A stretch of 64,000 bases of DNA, from positions 57,682 to 121,681 of the IMG/VR virus record IMGVR_UViG_3300037466_003456. One strand, 5' to 3'. Shown here one piece after another: positions 37,292-46,913 of this stretch (its first letter is position 1; each line of letters begins with the position of its first letter). Position numbers and translations under genes: made by a program. The DNA is from a virus. The notes beneath the pieces are model-generated. The model was not told where the DNA came from and ran no database searches. It worked only from the letters and a program-made list of their open reading frames with translations.

Positions 37292-37927
37292 TTAAAATCT
37301 CCTCTTGTATACAACTTTTCTAGGTGAGCATGCTCGAATAATCGCAATCACAAGGACAATTAGAATGATTAACACAATCAAATCCACAATCCAGGCTAGC
37401 GGCGATGGTCCGTATGTAGTGTAATGACCTCCTACATAATAGATGTGACCCCATGGGTGCATCATGCTTCCCATAAACATACCTGTAGTGAAACCGTTGT
37501 AGTAACCGAACCATCCATACGGTGAGTACCCCGCGTGATAATAATGGTTGACCGAAACAGAACGTCCGTTGTAATAAGCCTTCGTTGATCTGCTGGTGTA
37601 AGTCTTACCTTTAGTTTTTACAGTAGATGTCTTACCTGAAAAACTCCCTTTAGTCTTGGTTGTTTTGGTAGAGGTTCTACCGGAAAAACTTTTGGATTTG
37701 GTTGTAGTTGGTTTCTTGGTCGTACTTGAAGATTTGGTGCTACTTGATTTACTTGAACTCGACTTTGAAATAGATATCTTTGGTGATGAACTTTTCACAC
37801 TGAAACTAGAACGGGAAGAGTGTGAAGAAAAGGAAGAACGCCCTCCACTAAATCCTCTTGCCTCCGCTAAACTAGGTACAATTAAAGTAAAAGTTAACAA
37901 TAAGGCGAATATCGCTTTTGATTTCAT
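37292..37927 (-). CDS. Secreted/membrane protein with Ser/Lys/Thr-rich region (YxcE-like by context)
   Basis: Signal peptide ending AEA, GFSGGRSSFS low-complexity stretch, aromatic-rich segment, C-terminal TM helix. Confidence 0.6.
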   Translation of the reverse strand: MKSKAIFALLLTFTLIVPSLAEARGFSGGRSSFSSHSSRSSFSVKSSSPKISISKSSSSKSSSTKSSSTTKKPTTTKSKSFSGRTSTKTTKTKGSFSGKTSTVKTKGKTYTSRSTKAYYNGRSVSVNHYYHAGYSPYGWFGYYNGFTTGMFMGSMMHPWGHIYYVGGHYTTYGPSPLAWIVDLIVLIILIVLVIAIIRACSPRKVVYKRRF

Positions 37928-38613
37928 TTTTCTACATCCTTTTGAATTTCTGTTGTAAGTAAATGATAAAAAACTGCTAATGAATCCGATTCATCCATGG
38001 TCATATTGGAAAAATCAATTAACCTCGGATAATGGGCTTCAAAATAACTGCGCAATCTACAATGAATCTCCCACTTTGTATCAACTGCCATTTCGTCTGT
38101 TCCCTTTTTGAACAGGGTGAAATCTTTAATATCTCGTCGTATCTTTGCTCGAACTGTTGCCTCGTCGAAATCGTATATAGGGACTTTTCTTAAACCAGAA
38201 TAGAAATACAAACCGCCGATGATTTCCGCAAGAAGTTTTGTCGTTAAAATCCCATTAAACGATTTATTCTTTTCTACAGCTATGATGTTTGGCCTAATGG
38301 AATCCAAATAGAATCCTACCTGTTCTCCGATGTTCCGTAGCAGTTGACGGTGAGAAAACACTTTATATTCAGCTATCCTTTTCCCAGCTTCTTTTTTTGA
38401 AATCTCATGCTCCCCAGGCTTCAATAAGCCGGGAAACGAATCTCCTCGATAGTGAATCTTCTTGGGTTCTTGTGTCGTGTACCCTAATTCTTTGGCAGAT
38501 GGCTTTTTCGGAATAATCGCCAAGGTTTTTAAGTACGACACCTTCTGATCTTTTAACTGGGCAAACGTCACACCAATGCAGACACTGGATAAGTCAAAAC
38601 ACATGACAATCAC
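37924..38613 (-). CDS. RuvC-like Holliday junction resolvase
   Basis: MCFDLSSVCIGV, IIAVEK, DESDSLAV acidic catalytic pattern. Confidence 0.7.
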   Translation of the reverse strand: MIVMCFDLSSVCIGVTFAQLKDQKVSYLKTLAIIPKKPSAKELGYTTQEPKKIHYRGDSFPGLLKPGEHEISKKEAGKRIAEYKVFSHRQLLRNIGEQVGFYLDSIRPNIIAVEKNKSFNGILTTKLLAEIIGGLYFYSGLRKVPIYDFDEATVRAKIRRDIKDFTLFKKGTDEMAVDTKWEIHCRLRSYFEAHYPRLIDFSNMTMDESDSLAVFYHLLTTEIQKDVEK

Positions 38614-38640
38614 TGGATTCGCCTCCTTCAGATAATAAAA

Positions 38641-38670
38641 TTCCTGCCACCTAAAAAAGGATGGCAGGAA
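38641..38670 (-). terminator. Hairpin / possible terminator
   Basis: TTCCTGCCA/TGGCAGGAA stem. Confidence 0.45.
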
Positions 38671-38675
38671 CAGAT

Positions 38676-39545
38676 TTAGAACATATCTGCGTTAGCTCCA
38701 GTTGCTCCTTCAACATCATGCTCGCCTTGTTCAGTCTGAGCGAATGTTGTAGCAGTCGCCACGTTTTCTTGCTCGAATTCTTTATAGGAACTATAAGCTT
38801 CCAAGTTTGCAGTTAAACGGCCAATGCTCACCAATGGCTGCTCTTTATCTACCTTGAAGACCAATTTCGGGAACGGACCGTAGTCAGTGTTTTGCATTTC
38901 AACAGATGCAATGACGTTCAATGCACCAAGGATTGGGCGTTTTAGTTTCTTTTTCACTAATGCCAAACCTTTCATCATTTCAACGCTCATGAAGCCTTTC
39001 TTAAACTCACTTACACTAATACCTGCAGCTAATAGATGGAATAGAGTCCCATCTTGCAACGTGCAAGTTAGCAGGATTTGTTCACGGCAAGGTGAAGCAC
39101 CTCCGCCCTCTGGGAACTTACTGAATTCACATGATTCACATGCTCTGCCGGCATACGCGGATTGAGTTTCATTTGCACCGTATTTTCCATCAAGAGAACG
39201 ACATGTATAAGTGTTCGACTTTTTAAATGGCTGCGGGAAAAGAACCCTCACTGATTGAATCTTTAGGATGCTCAATCCTTTTAATACTTCACCAGCGTTT
39301 CCTTTGATGATCGTACCATCTGGCAATTCGATATCCCCTAAATCACGACCCGGCGCAATCTTCGAATACATTTTCCCGTAAGGAACACGAATGTCTGAAG
39401 CGTTGATGGATTCAATACCTGACAAACCGTCTAATTCATCAAGGTCAAACCCTAATGCGCCAAGATCGTAATCTTCAATGCTAGCAACCTCAGTATTTTG
39501 TACCGCTAATTCAGTTTGTTCTTTATCAGCTGTAGTTTTTGCCAT
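38676..39545 (-). CDS. Putative Zn-binding ssDNA-binding/annealing protein
   Basis: SDIRVP, CRSLDG...CESC...C pattern; acidic tail ending ...ADMF as in SSB tails; in the recombination module. Confidence 0.5.
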   Translation of the reverse strand: MAKTTADKEQTELAVQNTEVASIEDYDLGALGFDLDELDGLSGIESINASDIRVPYGKMYSKIAPGRDLGDIELPDGTIIKGNAGEVLKGLSILKIQSVRVLFPQPFKKSNTYTCRSLDGKYGANETQSAYAGRACESCEFSKFPEGGGASPCREQILLTCTLQDGTLFHLLAAGISVSEFKKGFMSVEMMKGLALVKKKLKRPILGALNVIASVEMQNTDYGPFPKLVFKVDKEQPLVSIGRLTANLEAYSSYKEFEQENVATATTFAQTEQGEHDVEGATGANADMF

Positions 39546-39603
39546 AAAAACAGACCTCCTGATTAATTAGATTAGTAGTATGATGGGTAGACCTGTTAAC
39601 GGA

Positions 39604-39963
39604 TTACTTGTTTAGTCCAGCCTTTAAAGAACGGCGAGTACGGATACTAAGCTTGCGAGATGGTTCCCCATTTTCGTTCTTACGAGCTTTGGATTCGTGA
39701 ACGAAAACATTGAATTGGTGAGGCACTTCTAAAGAGTTACCTTGGTGAAGGATAGAAGCGATTGCTTTTTCTAAGTTTTCGCTGAAAGCATCCCCAAGTG
39801 CTTTTTCTGTAAAATGCTTAAATTGAAATTCGGTTAATCCTAAAATTTCTGCTAATTCTTCATCTGTTTTGTCTTTGTACTTAGGCTTCGCAACCTTTAA
39901 TGCTTCCTTAAAGGATTCCTTTGCTACTGCTTGTACGAGTTGTGGTAACTTAATTTTTTCCAT
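39604..39963 (-). CDS. Divergent HU/IHF-like DNA-binding protein
   Basis: KLPQLVQAVAKE start; AIASILHQGNSLEVPHQFNVFVHESKARK...RKLSIRTRRSLKAGLN follows the HU fold pattern with a helical insertion and shortened arm. Confidence 0.6.
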   Translation of the reverse strand: MEKIKLPQLVQAVAKESFKEALKVAKPKYKDKTDEELAEILGLTEFQFKHFTEKALGDAFSENLEKAIASILHQGNSLEVPHQFNVFVHESKARKNENGEPSRKLSIRTRRSLKAGLNK

Positions 39964-40037
39964 GTTCTGAACTTCCTCTCTCTGTTTAAACTCCTATCAA
40001 TCAGAGAGATATTTAAAAAGTGCCTGCCCGCACATTT

Positions 40038-40550
40038 TTAAAACAAGTTTTTGTTGGTCGGGATGCTGTCAGGCATAAGTACTGCCTGCTTCGCTTCGTT
40101 TAACAAAAAATGAACATACGTATTAAAGGTTTCAACGAGTCTCCTTGCGTTTTTGGCGCTTTGCTGGACGTTACTCATCTTCTCCTCTAATTCTTCAATG
40201 CTCGTTTTTAATTTTTGTACCCTTGCGATATCTTCCTGGTAATCAGGTCGTGCCATTTGTAATTCCTTTTTATAGGCTTTTCTTTGTTTATCAGAACCTT
40301 CCCGAGGTGGATATTTCACCATCACCTGCATATCGAACTCTGATTCCAAAAGAGCCAAATTAGTTTCGAGATTCAGCTTCTCCGCATACAAAGGGCGAAG
40401 TTCCTCTCGGATTTCTATCACTGCATCAATTTCCTTTTGGATATATTTCAGCTGTTGATCAATTTCCATATACGTTGCGAAATAGGTCATCACTTCAACA
40501 GGAGATGCATCAGGATTGTTTTGCAAGTACTCAATAACTTTCCAGCTCAT
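40038..40550 (-). CDS. Coiled-coil protein, possibly UvsY-like recombination mediator
   Basis: 170 aa all-helical, next to the SSB-like gene; assignment is weak. Confidence 0.35.
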   Translation of the reverse strand: MSWKVIEYLQNNPDASPVEVMTYFATYMEIDQQLKYIQKEIDAVIEIREELRPLYAEKLNLETNLALLESEFDMQVMVKYPPREGSDKQRKAYKKELQMARPDYQEDIARVQKLKTSIEELEEKMSNVQQSAKNARRLVETFNTYVHFLLNEAKQAVLMPDSIPTNKNLF

Positions 40551-40613
40551 TTATGCTCCTCCTAAATAAAAAAATAAAAAGATTTATCTTTCCACTATCC
40601 TTATAACCGTTTT

Positions 40614-41366
40614 TCATCCAATATCCGTTCGGACTTTTATCATCATTTCTTCGTTATACCCTTCCCACACGCAATAGTCTTGTCTCGGTAACAAAATCAC
40701 TTCTTCAGAATAAGTAACTTTATTAAGCCAGCACATTAAGTACAATGCCTTGTCACTAAATGTAAGGGAATCTGCTCCATTAACCGAGAAGTGACGAATG
40801 TACGTTTCGACTCTTGTAGGTTGGTTTTCTACGGAAAAATACAACACGAGCTGGTCATCTTCAATACGAATGGTATTATCCGTACTTTTTTTAACCTTTG
40901 CTTTATGCTTTTGGAGTTTTTTTAAGTCTTCCGAAGCCATCTTAAGATAGGGAGCGTTCCGTTCGTAAGAAGAGACAATGGAATCCTCTAATTTAAATTC
41001 CACATCTTTCTTCAATGGAAAACTAGGGATGTCTACATCCAACAATACCTGTGAAGATCCATCCAATAACAATTTACCAGGAGTCATAACGAAGCCGGTC
41101 AATATCTTTTGATAAAAGATAGAATGTTTATTACCTATTTCTTTCTTGGATGCCTGGACGTACGTTAGCAGGTTCAGGTAAGTTGTTTTTGTCATCATCA
41201 TCGAATATCCAATGACTAAACCTGTTCTGACATATACGTAATCCTTCTTATTCTGCGCAAGGATAAATACCGTATGGGGAGCGATAAAATGTATGGCTGT
41301 TGCTCGAAGGTCATCGGCCATAATCAATATATTTTTCAGGTCTTTAATGGCACCCGAAAGGTACAT
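40614..41366 (-). CDS. Hypothetical protein (possible sliding-clamp-like fold)
   Basis: 250-aa ORF with good RBS; the fold guess is speculative. Confidence 0.5.
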   Translation of the reverse strand: MYLSGAIKDLKNILIMADDLRATAIHFIAPHTVFILAQNKKDYVYVRTGLVIGYSMMMTKTTYLNLLTYVQASKKEIGNKHSIFYQKILTGFVMTPGKLLLDGSSQVLLDVDIPSFPLKKDVEFKLEDSIVSSYERNAPYLKMASEDLKKLQKHKAKVKKSTDNTIRIEDDQLVLYFSVENQPTRVETYIRHFSVNGADSLTFSDKALYLMCWLNKVTYSEEVILLPRQDYCVWEGYNEEMMIKVRTDIG

Positions 41367-41560
41367 AAAAACAACTCCCTGCTTCGTAAAACTTTAGTCC
41401 TACTCCCATTATACTATAAATAACCTATTAAAGAATATGTGTTCTATGAAAAAATACCTTTACTAGCTCGTTTTTTTTATAATCCCTGCTATAATGACGA
41501 AAGACCGTGAGTCCAATGCTGGGGACACAAATAAAACCGCGATGTGGGAGTCGCGGTTTT

Positions 41561-42043
41561 TCATTTTTCTTCAGTTTTTTCTTCGGCCTTCTCTTCTTGC
41601 GGTTTAAGTACCTCAATCATAGATCTTAAAAATTTCGGAACAGGTAATCCTGCTTTTCCGGCATTTTCGGTAATAGAGAGCCATTCATTAAACAAATAAA
41701 AATAAATAATAGTATCACGAACGACATGGCCTTTTGCAATAAATTCCTTGCCGCCAAAGTCTAAGGCTTGCGCAATCGTATTAGTCGCATCTCCCAATAC
41801 TCGATCACACATATGACCGACCGCCACGATAATAAATATGAGTGCCTTTCGTTTAATACCTAAATAAGTAATCTTACTTTTTAGTGTACCTGTTTTCCCG
41901 CCAGCTAAAATTCCTGTAAGAAAGTCTAGTGCCACCGCTAAAAATAGGTAAGCCAATGCTTCTGGCCATCCTCCAAAAATAAAGGATACTACGGAACCAA
42001 AGGCTGCTCCTACCCACTTGAAAAATGTGATCTTATCCAACAT
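41561..42043 (-). CDS. Phage holin (Phage_holin_4 type)
   Basis: FIFGGW...ALDFLTG...GIKRKALIFIIVAVGHMCD...YFYLFNEWLSITENAGKAGLPVP. Confidence 0.9.
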   Translation of the reverse strand: MLDKITFFKWVGAAFGSVVSFIFGGWPEALAYLFLAVALDFLTGILAGGKTGTLKSKITYLGIKRKALIFIIVAVGHMCDRVLGDATNTIAQALDFGGKEFIAKGHVVRDTIIYFYLFNEWLSITENAGKAGLPVPKFLRSMIEVLKPQEEKAEEKTEEK

Positions 42044-42100
42044 ATAAACACCCCTCATCCCACATATAGGACTATTGTACCATCCATAAGGAGAATCCTC

Positions 42101-42337
42101 TCAGAAACGTCGTTCATCAAGGCAATTAGGGTTTTTACAGGTTCGAAGCAATACACCAAGAGATTCACACTTCAATGTAAAAGAAGTACCGTCGCATTTA
42201 GAGCATCTGCCTGGTCTTTCACCATCATTTTGCTGAAGCAATTCTGCCTCTCGTTCCGCTTGTTCCCGTTTCAATTTCATATGCTGCTCAAAGGTCAGTT
42301 TTTTTCCTTCTGGGTTGTAGGTGGGTAGTTTGGTCAT
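42101..42337 (-). CDS. Small zinc-finger protein
   Basis: CSKCDG...CKNPNC; ATG at 42337 coupled to the upstream stop. Confidence 0.55.
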   Translation of the reverse strand: MTKLPTYNPEGKKLTFEQHMKLKREQAEREAELLQQNDGERPGRCSKCDGTSFTLKCESLGVLLRTCKNPNCLDERRF

Positions 42338-43371
42338 TACACTTCCACTACCTGTTTCGGTTCCACTGGCGTTTCCTCTTCCCATTCCTTCGCGCTGTCC
42401 GTACCTTTTAAAAATAAATTGCGGAAAATTGGATCATTGTAAAACATGATAAAGAAATCCATTAGCAAATCATGTTGGGCTCCGTCGTATCGTTTTGAAA
42501 CACCAAGTTGACGTAAAACAAAGTTTTGAATGGCTTTGGATGAATAGATCGGTTTACACAAACCACATAAACCAAAGTTATATTGCAGCATCATCGGGAT
42601 AAATTGGTCCTGACAATGGCAGCAGATACCGACTCTTAACCGATTATTGTGCCATACCGGAACGTCACTCGGCCGTTTCCATCCTAATGCATAGACGAAT
42701 TTATCAATACCAATCTTGATGATTTGTTCCATGGTCATGTTGGTGTGAGCATTAAGAAAGGCACGGTATTCATCCCGCATGAACTTTTCCCAGATACGTT
42801 TGATCTGTGAGATGGATAGTCGGTCTCCATCATCCTTTCCCAAAAATCCTGCATTCCTCTTTTTGAAGTGGTCAGTTACTTGTTTTAACGCTTCTTCCCG
42901 TTGTTCATCGGTTTCGGCATTGTCTGCTAACGACTGATAGAGTTTATTGGCATTTAGGAATTTTTTATAATCTTTGAACGTCTTGTCCAATAGTTCGGTG
43001 TAATTATCCGGAATCTTGATGTCCGCTTCTGGGCGCTTATATTCCTGTTCATTTTTGAAAACAAAATCCTCTTCCACTTCGGTAAACCGTTTCTCTAGCG
43101 TCCCGTCCTCATGCTGTTTATACCCATTGAAATCATCAACTTCCCTTGCCCATACCTTTCCGTCATACTCCGCTTCATAGATGACATAGGTCTGTTCGTC
43201 AGGTGACACCCACTCGTCAGCCACTTTCGTAAACAGCATGACCTCTTGGGTAGAATGGTGCAAAGCAGTCATCATTTCGGTTGTTTGAACCGTTTCTTTG
43301 AATGGTACGGTTATGGCTAGTTGGTTATAGAAATTACCCTTAAAATGCTTGAATTGTTTCAATGTTGACAC
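42337..43371 (-). CDS. DUF1653-domain fusion protein with C-terminal Cys cluster
   Basis: FKHFKGNFY...VIYEAEYDGKVWAREVDDF...KRF; CCHC...CGLC. Confidence 0.6.
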   Translation of the reverse strand: MSTLKQFKHFKGNFYNQLAITVPFKETVQTTEMMTALHHSTQEVMLFTKVADEWVSPDEQTYVIYEAEYDGKVWAREVDDFNGYKQHEDGTLEKRFTEVEEDFVFKNEQEYKRPEADIKIPDNYTELLDKTFKDYKKFLNANKLYQSLADNAETDEQREEALKQVTDHFKKRNAGFLGKDDGDRLSISQIKRIWEKFMRDEYRAFLNAHTNMTMEQIIKIGIDKFVYALGWKRPSDVPVWHNNRLRVGICCHCQDQFIPMMLQYNFGLCGLCKPIYSSKAIQNFVLRQLGVSKRYDGAQHDLLMDFFIMFYNDPIFRNLFLKGTDSAKEWEEETPVEPKQVVEV

Positions 43372-43416
43372 TCCTTTTATCTTAGGACTATGTATCTATG
43401 AAAAAAATAAAAGAAA

Positions 43417-43454
43417 TGACACCGCACCAGGCATGGTAGCCTGGTGCGGTGTCA
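43417..43454 (-). terminator. Perfect 16-bp GC-rich hairpin with minus-strand T-tract
   Basis: TGACACCGCACCAGGC-atggta-GCCTGGTGCGGTGTCA. Confidence 0.65.
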
Positions 43455-43672
43455 ATTTAGACATGCATAGCGCTTTGTTTTGCCTATCTCTTATTCTACA
43501 AGAATATAGTCCTATATAAAAGGAAAACATTGATACTTTTGTCCTATAATAGAGACATAGGTTTATTGATTTCGATTAAAAAACATACGAATGAAGGACC
43601 AAATGATACCACCTGCCACGAATGACAAAAAGAAATCCATTTATTATTCCACCTTCCGAAAGGAGATTTATT

Positions 43673-44359
43673 ATGTTATTCCCTATTATTAAAACAAATT
43701 CTGAGCCATTCGAAAAACAAGCGAGCATCCTTGGTTTATTGGCTGGTATGGGAATTGGAGAGCTGGGCATGCAAGCTGCTTCCAAGTTCGGTCAAAAGAG
43801 AGGAGCAAACCTGTTGCGAACGGGCATAGATTTAAGTCAGAAGGGAGAGAAGATGGCACCCTTGACTGAAACCCTTTCCCGGAATCTTCTCGGCAACAAG
43901 GCGATGTCTCCTTATGATGCTGGCTTGAAAATCGGTAACAAGATCACAGAAAAAAATATGGAACCTGAACGGGCTCAAAAGTTTATTGACCGTGTGGTGA
44001 AATGGAATGTAGACAAAAAGACACGATTGGAACAGGCAGGGGAGAAAGTAAAGGACCCTGTTCTTCATGCCATGGATGATTACCTACTTTTTAAAGACCT
44101 CAAACACCCGAAGTTCCAAAAAATGTTGAATGAGGGAAGTATTCCACAAGAGAAAAGCGGAGCAGGAGGGAAGATTGTCGGTAATGCTCTAACCGGTCTA
44201 GCAGCTCCGCAGAGTTGGGGAGATTTTCGTTTTGCTGCTCGCCCTCTCGTCCGTAAAGCAGAGAATACGCCTGCTGTTCAAAATGCACAGAACAAACTAT
44301 TCCCTGCTGGGACGATGCGAGAAAAAGGATACAACATGGTTAGGAATTATATTGATTAA
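43673..44359 (+). CDS. Isolated plus-strand KxA/glycine-zipper protein
   Basis: ORF track 43622..44359; ATG 43673 after AAGGAG; FEKQASILGLLAGMGIGELG. Confidence 0.65.
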   Translation: MLFPIIKTNSEPFEKQASILGLLAGMGIGELGMQAASKFGQKRGANLLRTGIDLSQKGEKMAPLTETLSRNLLGNKAMSPYDAGLKIGNKITEKNMEPERAQKFIDRVVKWNVDKKTRLEQAGEKVKDPVLHAMDDYLLFKDLKHPKFQKMLNEGSIPQEKSGAGGKIVGNALTGLAAPQSWGDFRFAARPLVRKAENTPAVQNAQNKLFPAGTMREKGYNMVRNYID

Positions 44360-45272
44360 CTGGGGGAATCGGTACTCCATTTCTGAAGAAGTATCCTAGC
44401 CGTTCAAATTTACCTCGAACGGCTAGAGCGCTTTTTCCCACCTTTTGAGCGATTGTGTTCAAACCATAACCCTGATTGTACATAGAAATAATTAATTGTT
44501 CCTGTTCTGGTGTCCATAGTCTTTTTTTAGTTTGCTTTGGATTCTTGGCACCCAAATCATACAATTTTCTCTTAATAGCTGCTTCCGACCGTTTTAACCG
44601 TTCGGCTATTTCGGGATAGGTATACTTCTGAGAATTGACCATGCCCAGTAATGTGTTGATATCTTCTTTTGACCATGCCACTTTTAATTTCTTTTCAAAG
44701 TTCAATTTATCTGCATCTCGTTTCACTTTCACCCATTCAGGCTCAGGACCTAATCGAAATGGTTCAAGACGTGAAAAGTTAATCGTTTGCTTGTTCTTTT
44801 CTGCCCACTTCCAAAACTCCTCATACCCGATGACCCAAACTTCCATTTCTTTTACAAATATCTTTTTATAGGCCGGCATGCCGTACTGAGTTACCCAATT
44901 TAATACAATGCAATAAGAAACATTAAAAGCATTTGCTAACTGATTGATAGTGATTCCGTCAAAGGAAAGCGTAGCATCGCCTAGTCCCATTTTTACGACT
45001 TTTTCTCTGACAGAATTAAAACTTCTACCAAGTTTTTTAGCTATGTCTTCGATGCTTATTACCCCTAATTTTTCTTCAACATATAATTCTTCTCGTTCTG
45101 ACCACTCTCGACCTTTGCGATCTTTGATATCGTCTAGCTTTAATCCTAATTTTCTTCTTTTTTGGTCAATTGAGTGGAATGGCCTTTTTAATTTTTTTGA
45201 TATATATTGCTCTCCTTGGTGCCAATTCTTGATTAAAAAATCTATCTCTTCTTGTGCCCATTTACGGTACAT
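44340..45272 (-). CDS. Multi-HTH (Myb/SANT-like W-x-x-E repeat) DNA-binding protein
   Basis: KWAQEE, EWSERE, AWSKED, LWTPEQ, each followed by IAxxLxRS-type helices. Confidence 0.65.
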   Translation of the reverse strand: MYRKWAQEEIDFLIKNWHQGEQYISKKLKRPFHSIDQKRRKLGLKLDDIKDRKGREWSEREELYVEEKLGVISIEDIAKKLGRSFNSVREKVVKMGLGDATLSFDGITINQLANAFNVSYCIVLNWVTQYGMPAYKKIFVKEMEVWVIGYEEFWKWAEKNKQTINFSRLEPFRLGPEPEWVKVKRDADKLNFEKKLKVAWSKEDINTLLGMVNSQKYTYPEIAERLKRSEAAIKRKLYDLGAKNPKQTKKRLWTPEQEQLIISMYNQGYGLNTIAQKVGKSALAVRGKFERLGYFFRNGVPIPPVNQYNS

Positions 45273-45856
45273 TACAATACCATCTCCTTGATGTACAAAT
45301 TGCGAAACTTAATAAAAGAGCGCTTTACAATCTTTTTAGCTTGATACGTACTGGTATTCTTTCCTTCGATTAACTCACTTTTGGAATACCCGTCAATGTA
45401 ATTGATAATATCAAACCTCTGCCGTTCCGAAAACTGGCTGAATATCTTCCGCAAGATGACCTGATCTATAACATCAGAGGAAAAAGTCTCATCAACCCCA
45501 ACCACTTCCATCAATTCGGTTTCATCGCCATTCTTTCCTCTTAATGTTGACTGTAGGCTCTCAACGGACTTTATTTGAGCCGTCTTATTTTCTGATTTTG
45601 GCTTATGCTTCAAATGGTATCGTAGCACTTCATTGATAACATATTTTTTAGCCAATGTTCCAAATGTAAACCCTCGTTCAATATCGTAGTTCTTATAGGC
45701 CTTCCATAAACCAATTGAAGCGGTTTGGAATATATCATCTCGATCATACTGAACCCAAATATACGCCTGTTTGTTCATCAAAGGAGTATACATTTTATAC
45801 ACTTCTTCAAAAGACATTTCTTTTCTTACACCTTTAGGTAAAATTAGTATTTTCAT
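45272..45856 (-). CDS. Sigma-70 family sigma factor (short, regions 2+4)
   Basis: DDIFQTASIGLWKAYKNYDIERGFTFGTLAKKYVINEV; C-terminal FSERQR...GYSKSEL. Confidence 0.85.
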   Translation of the reverse strand: MKILILPKGVRKEMSFEEVYKMYTPLMNKQAYIWVQYDRDDIFQTASIGLWKAYKNYDIERGFTFGTLAKKYVINEVLRYHLKHKPKSENKTAQIKSVESLQSTLRGKNGDETELMEVVGVDETFSSDVIDQVILRKIFSQFSERQRFDIINYIDGYSKSELIEGKNTSTYQAKKIVKRSFIKFRNLYIKEMVL

Positions 45857-46236
45857 TACCAAACCCTCCCGACGGGTAAATTTCGATACTTATAATGTTC
45901 ATCCTGATAAGACAAATGGAATTGATTAATCATCTTAAGAAAATCATGATCTATCGGCGGTTCAACCACATCATATCTAAAATTAATAAAATCCTTTCTC
46001 TCTTCCTGGCTTACATATTGGAATTCATTTTCATCTCCATATAATTCAAGAGATGTAAGCATTTCATATAATTCATTGATCGAATCTTCTTGTAAAACCG
46101 TCCATATAAACGGCGGTTCATTCTCTAAGAAACCAACGCTATCATAGGCATCTAACAACATCGTTCTTATTTCCGACATTTTGTACCAATGGGCTTTGTT
46201 CAATATTTTCCAACCTGAACCAGTTATAAGATCCAT
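45856..46236 (-). CDS. Hypothetical protein
   Basis: 126-aa ORF with GGAGG RBS. Confidence 0.6.
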   Translation of the reverse strand: MDLITGSGWKILNKAHWYKMSEIRTMLLDAYDSVGFLENEPPFIWTVLQEDSINELYEMLTSLELYGDENEFQYVSQEERKDFINFRYDVVEPPIDHDFLKMINQFHLSYQDEHYKYRNLPVGRVW

Positions 46237-46276
46237 CTTATTGCCTCCTTAATTCAAAAAAAATAAGCCTGAGCGA

Positions 46277-46837
46277 TTAATTGCCCAGGCTTTCTAAATA
46301 TTCGTCCATCATGGTAATAGCATTATCCAAGTGATCCATTTGTTCGTGCATTTTATCATTTTCTTCTTCATCAAGAACATATTTTGCTATTTCTGTTTCG
46401 TAAGCTATCTTCACACCCCATAGAGTACCAATCAGTGGCAACGCTTTGATATATTCCTCTTGAATCGCTAGTAATTGTGGTTCCTCTGGTTCAGGGGCAT
46501 GAACGATTTCTTTACTCAGTGCTGCCATTTTATGAAAAGAATCATCAAAGTTCTTTTTGCAATCCGAGTCAGGCAAACATGCTAACGCAATCATAGCTTT
46601 CCCTTCCTCACTCTTCATCTTCGAACTAGTTGTTTTGAACCATTTTACATATTCTCGGTCAGGTACTGACAATGTATCTATTGGATCTGACGTTACTGTT
46701 TCATAATCATTTTCAAACCGATATTTTTTAATTTCCTTTTCGACTACTACTCCAATCACTACAAAAGACAAAATGAACAACCATATTATTTTGGCTTTCT
46801 TGGATAATGAGGGGTGATCATTTCTTTTCAACATCAT
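46277..46837 (-). CDS. Membrane-anchored hypothetical protein
   Basis: N-terminal TM IIWLFILSFVVIGVVV followed by a helical domain. Confidence 0.6.
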   Translation of the reverse strand: MMLKRNDHPSLSKKAKIIWLFILSFVVIGVVVEKEIKKYRFENDYETVTSDPIDTLSVPDREYVKWFKTTSSKMKSEEGKAMIALACLPDSDCKKNFDDSFHKMAALSKEIVHAPEPEEPQLLAIQEEYIKALPLIGTLWGVKIAYETEIAKYVLDEEENDKMHEQMDHLDNAITMMDEYLESLGN

Positions 46838-46913
46838 CTCTTGTCAACTCTTCCTTAATCGTTATTTAGTTTATATATTATACTATTTGACGAACGATTC
46901 GATATTCCTGTTT

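Noticed and set aside
44340-45272. Multi-HTH ORF as a transposase
   Set aside because: No DDE domain, terminal inverted repeats or target-site duplication
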